DNA of 64,000 nt from an uncultured Candidatus Saccharibacteria bacterium (lineage in GTDB: Bacteria; Patescibacteriota; Dojkabacteria; SC72). Within the stretch, counting starts at the first letter, position 1; every line of letters begins with the position of its first letter. Below the pieces are notes generated by a model, which worked only from the letters and a program-made list of their open reading frames with translations, was not told the origin of the DNA and searched no databases. The stretch is from NCBI GenBank assembly GCA_964621195.1, contig CAZULJ010000003.1:24412-88411 (forward strand), given 5' to 3'. Shown in pieces: positions 48,975 to 58,757 of this stretch. Both the position numbers and the translations under genes were made by a program.

Positions 48975-49265
48975 TTCAATTATAAAAATATATTTAAAAA
49001 GCCCTCACATTAAAGTATATCCTATTTAGAAATATACCTTAACGTAAGGGCGAAATTCGCGATACCACCTTACTTCCTTACAACATTACTGCCATAAGCT
49101 CTATACCAAATGATTGGTAAACCTGTTTACGGTTAGGTTTCCGTGGGTTCTAATTTCAAAAAGATTTCTTCCCAAGCCTCCAGGGTGACTAATCCTGTAC
49201 CATCGGCTCCTCCATTATATCACAAATATGTAGCACTAGAAGGCATTTATTACTCTTGTGATATA

Positions 49266-50972
49266 ATGATGGCTATGGATAAAACAAAAACAAGAAATTT
49301 CAGAAATGAAGAATTAAAACTATGCACACTCTCTGGAACAGAAGAGGTGGGAAGAAACTGTAACTTTTTAGAACTCGGGGATGAGATCATTGTAATAGAT
49401 GCAGGATACTCATTTCCTGGACAAGAAATGTACGGAATTGATTACTTAATACCGAACTTCAAATATTTAAGAAAAAACAAACAGAAGGTAAAGGCAATAT
49501 TAATTACTCACGGACATTTAGATCACACAGGAGCTTTAAGGTGGCTATTACCAGAATTAGATTTCCCTCCAGTATACGCAGGAGCTTTTGCTAAAGCCCT
49601 CATAGAAGAGAGGTTAGATGAGTACCATTTAAAGGAGAAAACAAGAATATATGGGGTAACAAGGCATACAAATGTAGATATTGGTCGAAACTTTAGAGCA
49701 ACATTCATTGGTATAAATCACAGCATACCAGATGCATTCTCTATCTTTGTTAATACACCAAAGGGAAGCGTCTTCTTCTCTGGTGATTACAAAATAGATA
49801 CCCAACCAACAAGCGAACTAGAAGCTGATTACGAAAAATTGAAATCTTTAAGGGGTAGAGTAGATCTCGCTTTAATGGAAAGTACAAATGCAAGTAAACC
49901 AGGCAAAGCCCCCTCTGAAACAGAGGTGTACGGGAATCTCGAGAGGGTAATAAAGGGGACTGAAGGCAGAGTAATCGTCGCAGCCTTTGCATCTCTTCTT
50001 ACAAGATTACACTCTCTTTTTGAGATAGCTAAAAGGACAGACAGAAAGATAGTAATCTCCGGAAGAAGTTTAGATCAAACAATTTCAATTGCATACAGAC
50101 AGGGATATATAAAGATACCCGAGAATTTAATAATTAAAGAAAGAGATCTGCCAAAGTACAAAGATAACCAGGTCATGATTCTGTGTACAGGCAGCCAGGG
50201 TGAAAGATTCGCCGCTCTTAATAGGATTTCAATGAACGAACATAAGTATATAAAGGTAAAAAAGGGAGACTTAGTAATAATGTCTTCTTCTGAAATCCCT
50301 GAGAATGTAAGTACAATAGAGAAAATGACAGACAGGTTAATAGCTCTTGGTGCTGATCTTGTAAAAGATAGTATCGAAACCAAGATTCACTCAACAGGGC
50401 ATGGTAACCAAGAGGATATGAAAATAATGTATGAACTAGTTCAACCTAAAAAAGTAATGCCTATACACGGACCACTTACTTTCAGATACTTCAACAAGAA
50501 GAATTACATAGATTGGGGAATGAGAGAAGAGAATGTGCTACTTACTGGTGATGGCCAAGTATGGCACTTTAATGGAAACAACTGGAGAAAGGGAAAGCCC
50601 GTAGAATCAAAACCTATCCTAATAGATGGACTCGGAGTAGGAGACACTGGTGAGATAGTATTAAAGGATAGGCAGCAACTTGCAGAGTACGGAATGTTTA
50701 TCGTTGTTCTCAATCTTAGCAACAAGAATAAAATGTTAATTGGTAGGCCACAGTTTGTATCTAGAGGTTTTATATATATGAAAGCCTCACAAGAGCTATT
50801 AAAAGAGATACAAGATATGATCTACGACATACACAGAGATTGGATTAAGAGCTCTCAAAGAAGTAAGAAGTTTGAGATAAAAGAGCTAAAGGAGAACATT
50901 GAAAGATCTCTTGGTAAGTACATATACAAAAAGACTGAAAGAGAGCCCATTATACTTGTAGTTACCATTTAG
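49266..50972 (+). CDS. rnj: ribonuclease J (beta-CASP metallo-beta-lactamase RNase)
   Basis: ITHGHLDHTGAL (HxHxDH) and a beta-CASP region. The longest ORF starts at 49143. The start is more likely one of the ATGs at 49266, 49269 or 49275, directly after a TATAAT at 49259-49264. Confidence 0.85.
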   Translation: MMAMDKTKTRNFRNEELKLCTLSGTEEVGRNCNFLELGDEIIVIDAGYSFPGQEMYGIDYLIPNFKYLRKNKQKVKAILITHGHLDHTGALRWLLPELDFPPVYAGAFAKALIEERLDEYHLKEKTRIYGVTRHTNVDIGRNFRATFIGINHSIPDAFSIFVNTPKGSVFFSGDYKIDTQPTSELEADYEKLKSLRGRVDLALMESTNASKPGKAPSETEVYGNLERVIKGTEGRVIVAAFASLLTRLHSLFEIAKRTDRKIVISGRSLDQTISIAYRQGYIKIPENLIIKERDLPKYKDNQVMILCTGSQGERFAALNRISMNEHKYIKVKKGDLVIMSSSEIPENVSTIEKMTDRLIALGADLVKDSIETKIHSTGHGNQEDMKIMYELVQPKKVMPIHGPLTFRYFNKKNYIDWGMREENVLLTGDGQVWHFNGNNWRKGKPVESKPILIDGLGVGDTGEIVLKDRQQLAEYGMFIVVLNLSNKNKMLIGRPQFVSRGFIYMKASQELLKEIQDMIYDIHRDWIKSSQRSKKFEIKELKENIERSLGKYIYKKTEREPIILVVTI

Positions 50973-51021
50973 TAGTAGTTCTCCTTCTTAACAGGAATTC
51001 TTAATGATATAATTCCATAAG

Positions 51022-52275
51022 ATGATAAAACTGCCATTTATAACATCTAGAGAGAATTTACTAGATGGTAAGAAACAAATTGTAGCACTAGACATAGGTA
51101 CAGAGACTGTAAAAAGTCTCCTGTTTACAATGAATGAGGAAGGTGTCTCTATAAACAAAGTCTCCAGAATCCAACAGCAACAACACGCTATGAGAAGCGG
51201 TATTATCACAAATCTAGATACTGTTCTTGAAAATTGTAAACTATCTGTCGAGGAGTTGCTCAGTACACTAAAAGAAGATGAATATCCAAAGAAAGTGATT
51301 CTCGGAATAGCAGGGGAGTACATACAGGGAGTCTCCATTGTTGTTAATTACCAAAGAGAAGAGAATTTTGAAAAAGAGGTTACTAAAAAGGAACAAGACA
51401 AAATTATCTCTCAAATAAGATCACAAATAATTGTAGATGGGAAGGGAGACTTAAGCCAAAGGACTGGACTTCGAAACGATGATATTGAGATATTACATAT
51501 AACTCCAACAGGGCTAGAGATTGGTGGATTACCAGTAAATACTTTAGTTGGATATAAGGGGAGGGATGTTAGATTAAACTTCTACGCCTCTTTTGCACCA
51601 AAGACATATACAGAGGCTTTACGTAAAGTCTCCGCATCATTGGGTTTTGATGTCTTAGGAATAGTCTCACAACCATTTGCAGTAGCAAGAGGACACTCTG
51701 GTGGAGAGAACAAGAATTTTTCCGCCATATTTATTGATATCGGAGGTGGAACAACAGATGTTGCTGTAGTACAAAATGGTAATATCGCAGAAACCCAAAT
51801 GTTTGCATTTGGAGGCAGAGTATTTACAAAAGAATTAGCGAAATTAACAGACAGTGACTTCAGACATGCAGAACAGAGAAAGATAAAATATTCAGAGAAA
51901 GAACTGCCAAAAGAAGTCTCACGACAGGTTCAAAAGGCAATGTATTCTACTGCGAACCTATGGATTCGAACATTAAAAGTTGCACTAGAAAGCTGCGAGG
52001 ATATAGAAGTATTACCTTCTCAGATATATCTTTGCGGTGGTGGCGCCCTATTACCAGAAATTAAAGAGGTTCTCTTAGAATTCCCATGGAAGAAATATTT
52101 GCCATTTACCGTAGTCCCTAAGATAGAGATGTTTACTCCAGATCTTTTGGGCTCCATCAAGGATAATAGTGGTCAACTTGAAAACATCTATGATATTACA
52201 CCCGCCTCTTTGGCAAAGTTTGTCTACGATATGGAAATAGATAAGACTAAATATGATATAAATTGGGAAGTATAA
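51022..52275 (+). CDS. FtsA-like actin-family ATPase
   Basis: 417 aa. Phosphate-1 ALDIGTETVK, phosphate-2 FIDIGGGTTDVAVV (FtsA-type), adenosine motif LCGGGALLP. Blockwise resemblance to FtsA, including the 1C insertion. It is not adjacent to ftsZ. Confidence 0.65.
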   Translation: MIKLPFITSRENLLDGKKQIVALDIGTETVKSLLFTMNEEGVSINKVSRIQQQQHAMRSGIITNLDTVLENCKLSVEELLSTLKEDEYPKKVILGIAGEYIQGVSIVVNYQREENFEKEVTKKEQDKIISQIRSQIIVDGKGDLSQRTGLRNDDIEILHITPTGLEIGGLPVNTLVGYKGRDVRLNFYASFAPKTYTEALRKVSASLGFDVLGIVSQPFAVARGHSGGENKNFSAIFIDIGGGTTDVAVVQNGNIAETQMFAFGGRVFTKELAKLTDSDFRHAEQRKIKYSEKELPKEVSRQVQKAMYSTANLWIRTLKVALESCEDIEVLPSQIYLCGGGALLPEIKEVLLEFPWKKYLPFTVVPKIEMFTPDLLGSIKDNSGQLENIYDITPASLAKFVYDMEIDKTKYDINWEV

Positions 52276-52279
52276 GAGA

Positions 52280-54100
52280 ATGGAAGAGAAATTGAGCATA
52301 ACAAAAATAATAGTAAACGCAAGTCATGAACTTACAGATATAGTAAGAGATATACATAATAGCGATGCAGAGAGAATAGTACTGACATTCACAGATCAGT
52401 CAGACCTATTAATAAGCCCCATTAACCTAAAAGTTCTGCAAGAGGTTGCAGAGAAGGAGGGGAAATTACTAATATCACAGATAATACAAAATCCAACAGG
52501 AGTAAGGAATTCTAAACTTGCAGGTATAAAAGTAATAGAAACACCATCAGCACCTACGGAAGAAGATTGGGCAGAGGTAATCGAAGAAAGAGAGATAAAG
52601 AATAGGACTGCAAGGGAAAAGAAGGAAGATCCAGTGGTACAAGAGCCCGAGATAAAGAAGACTTCCTCATTTGAGGAGAGAGTAAACAATGCCATTAGTC
52701 GTTCAAAGGATGTTAGAAGAGTAGAGCCTGCTCAAGAGGAGGAATCTTTCATCTCTATTGATGAAGATACTCCTGCGGAAGAGAACAGATCTCTTGCTGG
52801 TAAAGATTTTGCATCAATCCCAAGGGAAGAGGTTATAAAGGGAAATACAGTAACCGAGAAACCTCATAGGAAATTCAAACTCAACTTCAAAGGTATCAAT
52901 TTCAAAAGTAAGGCTTTCCTAAGAATTGCAATATTAGCCGTAGGACTCTTAGTACTAGTTCCGGGAGTAGGTTTTGCGATATATAACCAGATGGTGCCTA
53001 TCGCAAAAGTTAAAATATTTGTTGAAGCAAAAACAGTTCAAATAGAGAAAACCTTTACAGGGGATCCTAACATAGACAATGTCGATTTTGATAATTTAAA
53101 GATCCCCATAAAAACAGAAGAGATCGAAAAGAGTCTTTCAGATACAGTTACCCCAACTGGTAAAGCATACAAGGGAGAGAAGGCAAAGGGTGCCGTAACA
53201 ATAACATACTGGAAGGGAGGTGATTGCTTAGAAACAACTCCAATAGTAACAATTACCAATGGGCATACAATTACAACAGGAGATCTTTCGTACAAAACAA
53301 CTTCAGCAGCGGAGTTAAAATGTAACCAGATGGCAACTTTAGAGCTTGTTGCTGCTGATATTGGAGAAGAGTACAACATAAGTGCAAGCAAACCCTTCTC
53401 TATACAAGGTTTCCCATCTGCCGATGTGTATGGATTAAATGCTGCTCCATTCACCGGTGGTACAAAAGAGGAGTATACAGTATTGTCCCAACAGGATGTT
53501 GACACTGCTGTCGAAACTCTTGCAGAAACAGCAATAGAGGAAGTTAAATCCGAATTAAGAGAGAATGAGAGTGCTTGGGAAATAATTGAAAATACAATAA
53601 AGAGCGAAGTAGAAAAAGATAGTATTAAAACAGATAAGAAGGTAGGGGAAGAGGCCTCCATTGTTAACCTTGAAGTAACCATAATAGGTACTGCTACATA
53701 CTACTCCACAAAAGGTCTAAATGATGGACTGACAGAGATCTTGAGGGAGGAAGCTGAATCAAAGAATCTTTTCGAAAGTGAGAATGATTTAGAATTGTCA
53801 CTAGGTGATACAATCGAGAAAAAGTTGGTAGTAAATGAAGATGTAAAAGATTCCATCGAGATACAATTGACAGCTAGCTCCTCAATTAGACCAAAGATCA
53901 GTAAAGAAGATATCGAGAACAAATTAAAAGGTATGAAATGGGAAGAGGGGTTGGTATATATCTCTACTTTAGATTTCTCAGATCAGAAAACGGAGGTTCA
54001 ATTTATACCAAGCAACTACCCAGAATTCCTAAGAAGATTTCCAGATAGAAGGGGTGGTGTACTTGTAACAATAAAAGAATTACAGGTAGAAGTTGAATAA
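52280..54100 (+). CDS. bitopic membrane protein: N-terminal cytoplasmic alpha/beta domain, charged linker, TM, about 380-aa extracytoplasmic domain
   Basis: 606 aa starting 5 nt after the FtsA-like gene. TM helix FLRIAILAVGLLVLVPGVGFAIY near residue 200. The N-terminal 90 aa has a beta-alpha-beta pattern faintly reminiscent of SepF. No confident family assignment. Confidence 0.5.
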   Translation: MEEKLSITKIIVNASHELTDIVRDIHNSDAERIVLTFTDQSDLLISPINLKVLQEVAEKEGKLLISQIIQNPTGVRNSKLAGIKVIETPSAPTEEDWAEVIEEREIKNRTAREKKEDPVVQEPEIKKTSSFEERVNNAISRSKDVRRVEPAQEEESFISIDEDTPAEENRSLAGKDFASIPREEVIKGNTVTEKPHRKFKLNFKGINFKSKAFLRIAILAVGLLVLVPGVGFAIYNQMVPIAKVKIFVEAKTVQIEKTFTGDPNIDNVDFDNLKIPIKTEEIEKSLSDTVTPTGKAYKGEKAKGAVTITYWKGGDCLETTPIVTITNGHTITTGDLSYKTTSAAELKCNQMATLELVAADIGEEYNISASKPFSIQGFPSADVYGLNAAPFTGGTKEEYTVLSQQDVDTAVETLAETAIEEVKSELRENESAWEIIENTIKSEVEKDSIKTDKKVGEEASIVNLEVTIIGTATYYSTKGLNDGLTEILREEAESKNLFESENDLELSLGDTIEKKLVVNEDVKDSIEIQLTASSSIRPKISKEDIENKLKGMKWEEGLVYISTLDFSDQKTEVQFIPSNYPEFLRRFPDRRGGVLVTIKELQVEVE

Positions 54101-54143
54101 ACCTTTAAATTCCTTCAATTTATTGATAGAATTGCATGTTTTA

Positions 54144-54220
54144 TGTACCCGTAGCTCAATAGGATAGAGCAATTGCCTTCTAAGCAGTAGGTTGTCGGTT
54201 CGATTCCGGCCGGGTACGCC
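54144..54220 (+). tRNA. tRNA-Arg (anticodon TCT)
   Basis: Cloverleaf folded by hand: acceptor GTACCCG/CGGGTAC, anticodon stem ATTGC/GCAGT, loop CTTCTAA, T-loop TTCGATT, encoded CCA. Confidence 0.85.
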
Positions 54221-54233
54221 ATTTTAAAGAATA

Positions 54234-54322
54234 GGGAGAGATGCCTGAGTGGCCGAAAGGACACGCTTGGAAAGCGTGCGTACAGCAATGTACCATGGGT
54301 TCGAATCCCATTCTCTCCGCCA
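54234..54322 (+). tRNA. tRNA-Ser (anticodon GGA), type II with a long variable arm
   Basis: Acceptor GGAGAGA/TCTCTCC, anticodon stem ACGC/GCGT, loop TTGGAAA, long variable arm, T-loop TTCGAAT, encoded CCA. Confidence 0.85.
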
Positions 54323-54363
54323 TCATATTTACAACAGATCCTCTCGGTGATATCTTAGAATCA

Positions 54364-54936
54364 ATGTTAGATATCATAGGTATTGTATATTTTACTCTTT
54401 CAAATTTGTATTTACTTGGGAACTTCCCTTTACATTTATTTGAATTTCTTGATTTAAGAACAGGATATGCTGTAAGTGACTATGCCCTTATCTTTGGTAC
54501 TGGAAACTATTTTAATATCTCTGCAATCGCAACGGGTTTGCTCTGTGGTCTAGATTCTATAACTAATCCAAAATACAAAAGAGTACGGAAATCAATATAC
54601 AATATACACGCCATTACTGCTTTTGCATTGATAGGGGTAGGTCTCTTTCCATTGACTGGTAAAGACCTAGACTTAAACAGGGTATTGCATTGGATATTTG
54701 CAATCATCTTTATTTTTGGCTATCCCCTCGCAAGGCTATTTATCCTTAGGTATTACAGTAAGAAAGCATTTAAGAGACTACTTCTTTCATATCTTGGATT
54801 AAACATTCTCTCTCTCGTGGTATATTGGTTCCTCTCTTTAAGATATATTGCATATCCTGAATATCTAATGTGGTTAGCGTTGATGTCTACGATTATTCTG
54901 AGCCAGATAGTAATATCAGGAAAGAAAAGAAAATAG
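54364..54936 (+). CDS. hypothetical polytopic membrane protein
   Basis: The track ORF at 54241 begins inside tRNA-Ser. The start is moved to the internal ATG at 54364 (MLDIIGIVYF...). About 5 TM helices. Confidence 0.4.
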   Translation: MLDIIGIVYFTLSNLYLLGNFPLHLFEFLDLRTGYAVSDYALIFGTGNYFNISAIATGLLCGLDSITNPKYKRVRKSIYNIHAITAFALIGVGLFPLTGKDLDLNRVLHWIFAIIFIFGYPLARLFILRYYSKKAFKRLLLSYLGLNILSLVVYWFLSLRYIAYPEYLMWLALMSTIILSQIVISGKKRK

Positions 54937-56269
54937 CATTGCCTTGCGGAAGTGTCAAAAAGTAGTGATCTCCCATACCTATTATTATTATAGAGAACAG
55001 TATAAAAAGTGGTAAAAAAGATTTCTTAATACCCCTTATAAAATATTTATATACGATATACCATAAGTATGTTGCAAAAAAGATCCCCATCTCAACAAAG
55101 CTTAACAAAAAGATGTTGTGTACAGGTTGTAGTAACAATTTTCCACCCTCTGTGAATGGGATATTTTCAGAATAGAAGCGAGTCGAATTACCCAATGTAG
55201 TACCGAAGTGCAAATTACTTAGAAAGATTTCCCAATTCACTTTTATCAATTTAATTCTATCCGTAAAGCTATTGTCCCCTCCTGTAAAGACATAGAGAAA
55301 TCTATAGAAGAGAATAGAGGAGAGAGAGTAGGTATTTCTCCTTTTGAGAAAGAACTGCACTAATAAAAATAGAGAGAAGAGAGCAATCAAGATTATAGAG
55401 ATACGGGAGAATGTAAAAATAGAGAAGATCGGAACAAGCAATAGAGGTAAAAGATAGAAACGATCTTTTGAATAGTTATAGAGAATGTAAGACATAAACA
55501 TTAATAAAAGAAACCAACCAGCGAGAATGTTCGGATGGGGGAATGTACCATATGCTCTTAAGAGGGTTTCCCCCTGAATTTCAATGAAGCTACTACCAAA
55601 CATTCCATTCACAATCTTGGACTCTCCGAGAAAATAAAGCCCAATGGATGTTCCCTTTATAAATTGCAAAATTCCAATACTCCCTTGTATAAGGATTGAG
55701 CCTGTTAATGATAATTTTACATACCCTTCTTGTAACAGCTTCTTTACAGATTTTTTTTCTTTAAGAGAATTAACAACAGCTATTGAGGTCAATAGGTAAA
55801 CAAGCATTCTTACCCAGAGTAGAGCGGTAAGAAAATTGTGAACAGTAAGAAGAAGGATTCCAAGAAGAAGTATAAAAAAAAGGAGATCCTTCTTAAAGAC
55901 CCCTTTGAAACCATTATTTAAAAATATATTAATAAAAAGGATCGAGACAAAGATATCAAGAACAGAGAGGGTCGGTACTAGATAGTTAACCCAGAAACCG
56001 GCAACATATGGATCCGAGAGTAAGATCTGAGCCTCAAATATATTTATAGTCTCCGGTATTTGGAATGTAATATTGAAAGGTATAAGGAGAAAGACAAAGA
56101 GTAGAGTAGATTTGTAAACACCTATCTTTCTCGAATATAGATACCAAAGTGTAAACAGAAAGATCAGGAAGATTGCCTTTGAAGGATTCTCATTTATTAA
56201 TAATAGAGAAGAACAGGAAAGTATTACAAAGAAAAAGGACGAGAAGTATTTCTTAAAAATTTCTTTCAT
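54893..56269 (-). CDS. polytopic membrane protein, O-antigen ligase/polymerase (Wzy/WaaL)-like
   Basis: 458 aa with more than 10 TM helices. The periplasmic loop GTFPHPNILAG is a WaaL-like His motif. Confidence 0.45.
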   Translation of the reverse strand: MKEIFKKYFSSFFFVILSCSSLLLINENPSKAIFLIFLFTLWYLYSRKIGVYKSTLLFVFLLIPFNITFQIPETINIFEAQILLSDPYVAGFWVNYLVPTLSVLDIFVSILFINIFLNNGFKGVFKKDLLFFILLLGILLLTVHNFLTALLWVRMLVYLLTSIAVVNSLKEKKSVKKLLQEGYVKLSLTGSILIQGSIGILQFIKGTSIGLYFLGESKIVNGMFGSSFIEIQGETLLRAYGTFPHPNILAGWFLLLMFMSYILYNYSKDRFYLLPLLLVPIFSIFTFSRISIILIALFSLFLLVQFFLKRRNTYSLSSILFYRFLYVFTGGDNSFTDRIKLIKVNWEIFLSNLHFGTTLGNSTRFYSENIPFTEGGKLLLQPVHNIFLLSFVEMGIFFATYLWYIVYKYFIRGIKKSFLPLFILFSIIIIGMGDHYFLTLPQGNAIFFSFLILLSGSE

Positions 56270-56289
56270 TAAGATATTCTACCAGAGAA

Positions 56290-56811
56290 TTACTCTTCAC
56301 TCTCCTCTTCGGACTCTTCATTACTTGCAGAAACAACACCCATCTCTTCTTCAGTAATAGGAACTATTCTAATATGCCTATCTCTATCTTCTCCGTGACT
56401 TTCTGTTTTTATATCGTCAAAGACCTGCAATGTCATATGGACAACTCTTCTGTCAGAAGCTTTCATAGGTGGAAGATCAACTGGTTCTCCTAGTATCCTT
56501 GCATCATCAGCCTTTTGTAATGCAAACTTTTCCAATTTCTCATCTCTTTCCTTCCTATATCCACAGACATCAAGCAAGACTCTGTAGTTACTCTCTTCTC
56601 CAAGATGTTTTCTTAAGATTAGGCTAAGTACAAATTGTAGAGAATCAAGATGCTTACCATGTCCTCCGATTAAATATCCCAGGTTATCTCCAGAGAATGA
56701 TACTTTTATATATTCGGTATCATCATTTTTCTCTGTAGATATTTCATAATCAGCTTCAATACCCATAAGGTCTAGAAGTGTATCAAGCTCTTTCTTTACA
56801 ATATCTTTCAT
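56290..56811 (-). CDS. jag: Jag/KhpB RNA-binding protein (KH + R3H domains)
   Basis: GYLIGGHGKHLDSLQ (KH-like) and RRVVHMTLQ (R3H), directly downstream of yidC. Confidence 0.8.
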   Translation of the reverse strand: MKDIVKKELDTLLDLMGIEADYEISTEKNDDTEYIKVSFSGDNLGYLIGGHGKHLDSLQFVLSLILRKHLGEESNYRVLLDVCGYRKERDEKLEKFALQKADDARILGEPVDLPPMKASDRRVVHMTLQVFDDIKTESHGEDRDRHIRIVPITEEEMGVVSASNEESEEESEE

Positions 56812-56825
56812 ATTAAATATTTTTC

Positions 56826-57677
56826 TTAATTTATTTTCTCTTTATTAGATATCCTACTCCAAAGATTCTGAACACCTTTCTTTGTTTTATCAAAATCTAG
56901 AGTGAAATACTGTATTACTAGCATAAAGGATTGGACCATCCAATACCAACCTAGTGCTGCAGGCATACTAATAGTGAAGAATACGGTCATAAGTGGAAAC
57001 ATAAACATCATAGACTTTTGCATCTGAGCTTGCATATCTTCAGGAGAAACCTCTCCCTCTTTCTTCTTCTCCTTCTTAACTGGAGAAGTAGGGGTTTGCA
57101 TCTTTTGTGTAAACAGGGTTGTTAGATATTGAACAATACCAACTAATATAGAGAGTATTATGTATGGCAAACTTTGAACTCCAAATCTTCCAAACTCTGA
57201 AGACATTTCATTGTATGACTTTGTCATATCCCAGAAAAGGAATTGAGTATTAATCATATATCCATCAGAGAAGTTAATTAGATCTTTGACCCATGTATAC
57301 AAACCATCAAGATTGCTATCAGTAACTGCTCTAATGACACCAATTAATACTGAAAGTATTACAAGTTGGGGAACAAGAGTACCTATACATCCTAGCGGGT
57401 TATATCCAACCCTCTTGTATAGCTTCACCTGCTCTTGGGAGAGTTTCTCTTTGTTGTTAGCATACTGCTTTTGTAACTTATCAAGCTCTGGTTTAAGATT
57501 TGCCATCTTCTTTGTCATCTCTGTTTGTTTCTTTAGAAGAGGGATTAGTAATATTCTTACAATAACAGCGATTGCTAATATAGCTAATCCTAAATTATCA
57601 CCTAAGTAGTGATAGAGAACGATTACAATATTTAATATCGGGTTAAAAAGCAAAGTATTCCAAATAGTTGATAACAT
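56826..57677 (-). CDS. yidC: membrane protein insertase YidC (short form)
   Basis: 283 aa: LAILAIAVIVRILLIPL...QKMQ, characteristic YidC TM2/TM3. Confidence 0.88.
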   Translation of the reverse strand: MLSTIWNTLLFNPILNIVIVLYHYLGDNLGLAILAIAVIVRILLIPLLKKQTEMTKKMANLKPELDKLQKQYANNKEKLSQEQVKLYKRVGYNPLGCIGTLVPQLVILSVLIGVIRAVTDSNLDGLYTWVKDLINFSDGYMINTQFLFWDMTKSYNEMSSEFGRFGVQSLPYIILSILVGIVQYLTTLFTQKMQTPTSPVKKEKKKEGEVSPEDMQAQMQKSMMFMFPLMTVFFTISMPAALGWYWMVQSFMLVIQYFTLDFDKTKKGVQNLWSRISNKEKIN

Positions 57678-57727
57678 TATGGTAATTAATAATAATAAAA
57701 ATCTTTTGCATTATACATCAAACTTAA

Positions 57728-57988
57728 TTATTTTTCAGGAACAGGATCATACTGTCCTGGAGTGGCCCAAGGATGACATTTTAAAACCCTACGAAGGGCA
57801 AGATAGTTACCTTTCATAATGCCAAAACTCTTAACAGACTCATATCCATACTCTGAACATGTGGGTGTAAATTTGCAGGCCCTAGTATTGGGATAAATCT
57901 TTCCTAGATATCCGTGATCAAGAGATAATGTTTTTTGATAGATTCTAATTAGTAGTAATTCCAGAGTCTTTGGTATATCCAAAAGCAT
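57728..57988 (-). CDS. yidD: membrane protein insertion efficiency factor YidD
   Basis: LIRIYQKTLS...CKFTPTCSEYGYESV...HPWATPGQYDPVP. Start chosen at the internal Met. The longest ORF extends to 58024. Confidence 0.8.
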   Translation of the reverse strand: MLLDIPKTLELLLIRIYQKTLSLDHGYLGKIYPNTRACKFTPTCSEYGYESVKSFGIMKGNYLALRRVLKCHPWATPGQYDPVPEK

Positions 57989-58307
57989 CTTTAATTTGTT
58001 TCGAATATTCATTCTTAATTTCATTGTAATCTTTACAATATTTAAAAGCTACGTACTGACAATGATAGGGAAGATATCCAAAGTTGTACTCCTTTATAAC
58101 TTCTCTAGTTATCTCTCTTAACAATCTTGTGAGGTGGTGTCTTTGTACTGCGTTCCCTGTCTTTTTACTAACAACATATGCAAATTTTACAGGACCACTA
58201 TCAACCTTGCGTACAACTAGCATACCGAATTCACCTCGGAATTTCTTTCCTTCTGAATATGTTTTTTTGAGATAGTTCTTACCTAATCTGTGTTTGTAAG
58301 GAAGCAT
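57945..58307 (-). CDS. rnpA: ribonuclease P protein component
   Basis: 120 aa: ...FGMLVVRKV...NAVQRHHLTRLLREITRE (RNR motif). Confidence 0.85.
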   Translation of the reverse strand: MLPYKHRLGKNYLKKTYSEGKKFRGEFGMLVVRKVDSGPVKFAYVVSKKTGNAVQRHHLTRLLREITREVIKEYNFGYLPYHCQYVAFKYCKDYNEIKNEYSKQIKDAFGYTKDSGITTN

Positions 58308-58322
58308 ATATAATAGTATACA

Positions 58323-58505
58323 CTACCTAATTCTTGATGCAGGTTTCTTTCGTAGGGTTTTGTACTCACTACTTACTGTTAGAGATTTTCTTCCCTTGTT
58401 AATTCTTCTCTTTAGTAAAGCTTTTCCCGCAGAAGTTTTATTTCTAGCCATAAAACCAAACTTTCTGATCCTTTTTAAATTTTTAGGCTGATATGTTCTT
58501 TTCAT
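58323..58505 (-). CDS. rpmH: 50S ribosomal protein L34 (with a roughly 16-aa C-terminal extension)
   Basis: [44 protein letters not shown], then an extension. Confidence 0.85.
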   Translation of the reverse strand: MKRTYQPKNLKRIRKFGFMARNKTSAGKALLKRRINKGRKSLTVSSEYKTLRKKPASRIR

Positions 58506-58653
58506 AAGCGAGCTTATTATATCTTAACATCTATTGAAATGGCAAATATTTATATAAATATAGGTAATCTACCCAATCTCTAAGATCTGTAGATAAAAAG
58601 CCCTACTCACAAAACCCTTTTAAGGAGTATATAATTTAGCTATCTTGCAAATC

Positions 58654-58662
58654 TTATCCACA
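58654..58662 (+). promoter_or_regulatory. perfect DnaA box TTATCCACA in the rpmH-dnaA intergenic region
   Basis: Exact 9-mer consensus about 95 nt upstream of the dnaA ATG. Confidence 0.55.
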
Positions 58663-58757
58663 TTTTTTAAGAAATGAATATAATAGATTTAACAGTCCCA
58701 ATCGACCATAACACTGCCCCCTAGCTGCCTCTTTCTTTTTAATATACTTTTTTAAGT

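Noticed and set aside
49143-49265. N-terminal 41 codons of the RNase J ORF as given in the track (MGSNFKK...)
   Set aside because: Proline- and serine-rich and not RNase J-like. The conserved RNase J N-terminus starts at the MMAMDK methionines, directly after a TATAAT.
54241-54363. N-terminal extension of the ORF at 54241
   Set aside because: The extension is encoded by the tRNA-Ser(GGA) gene itself. The start was moved to the ATG at 54364.
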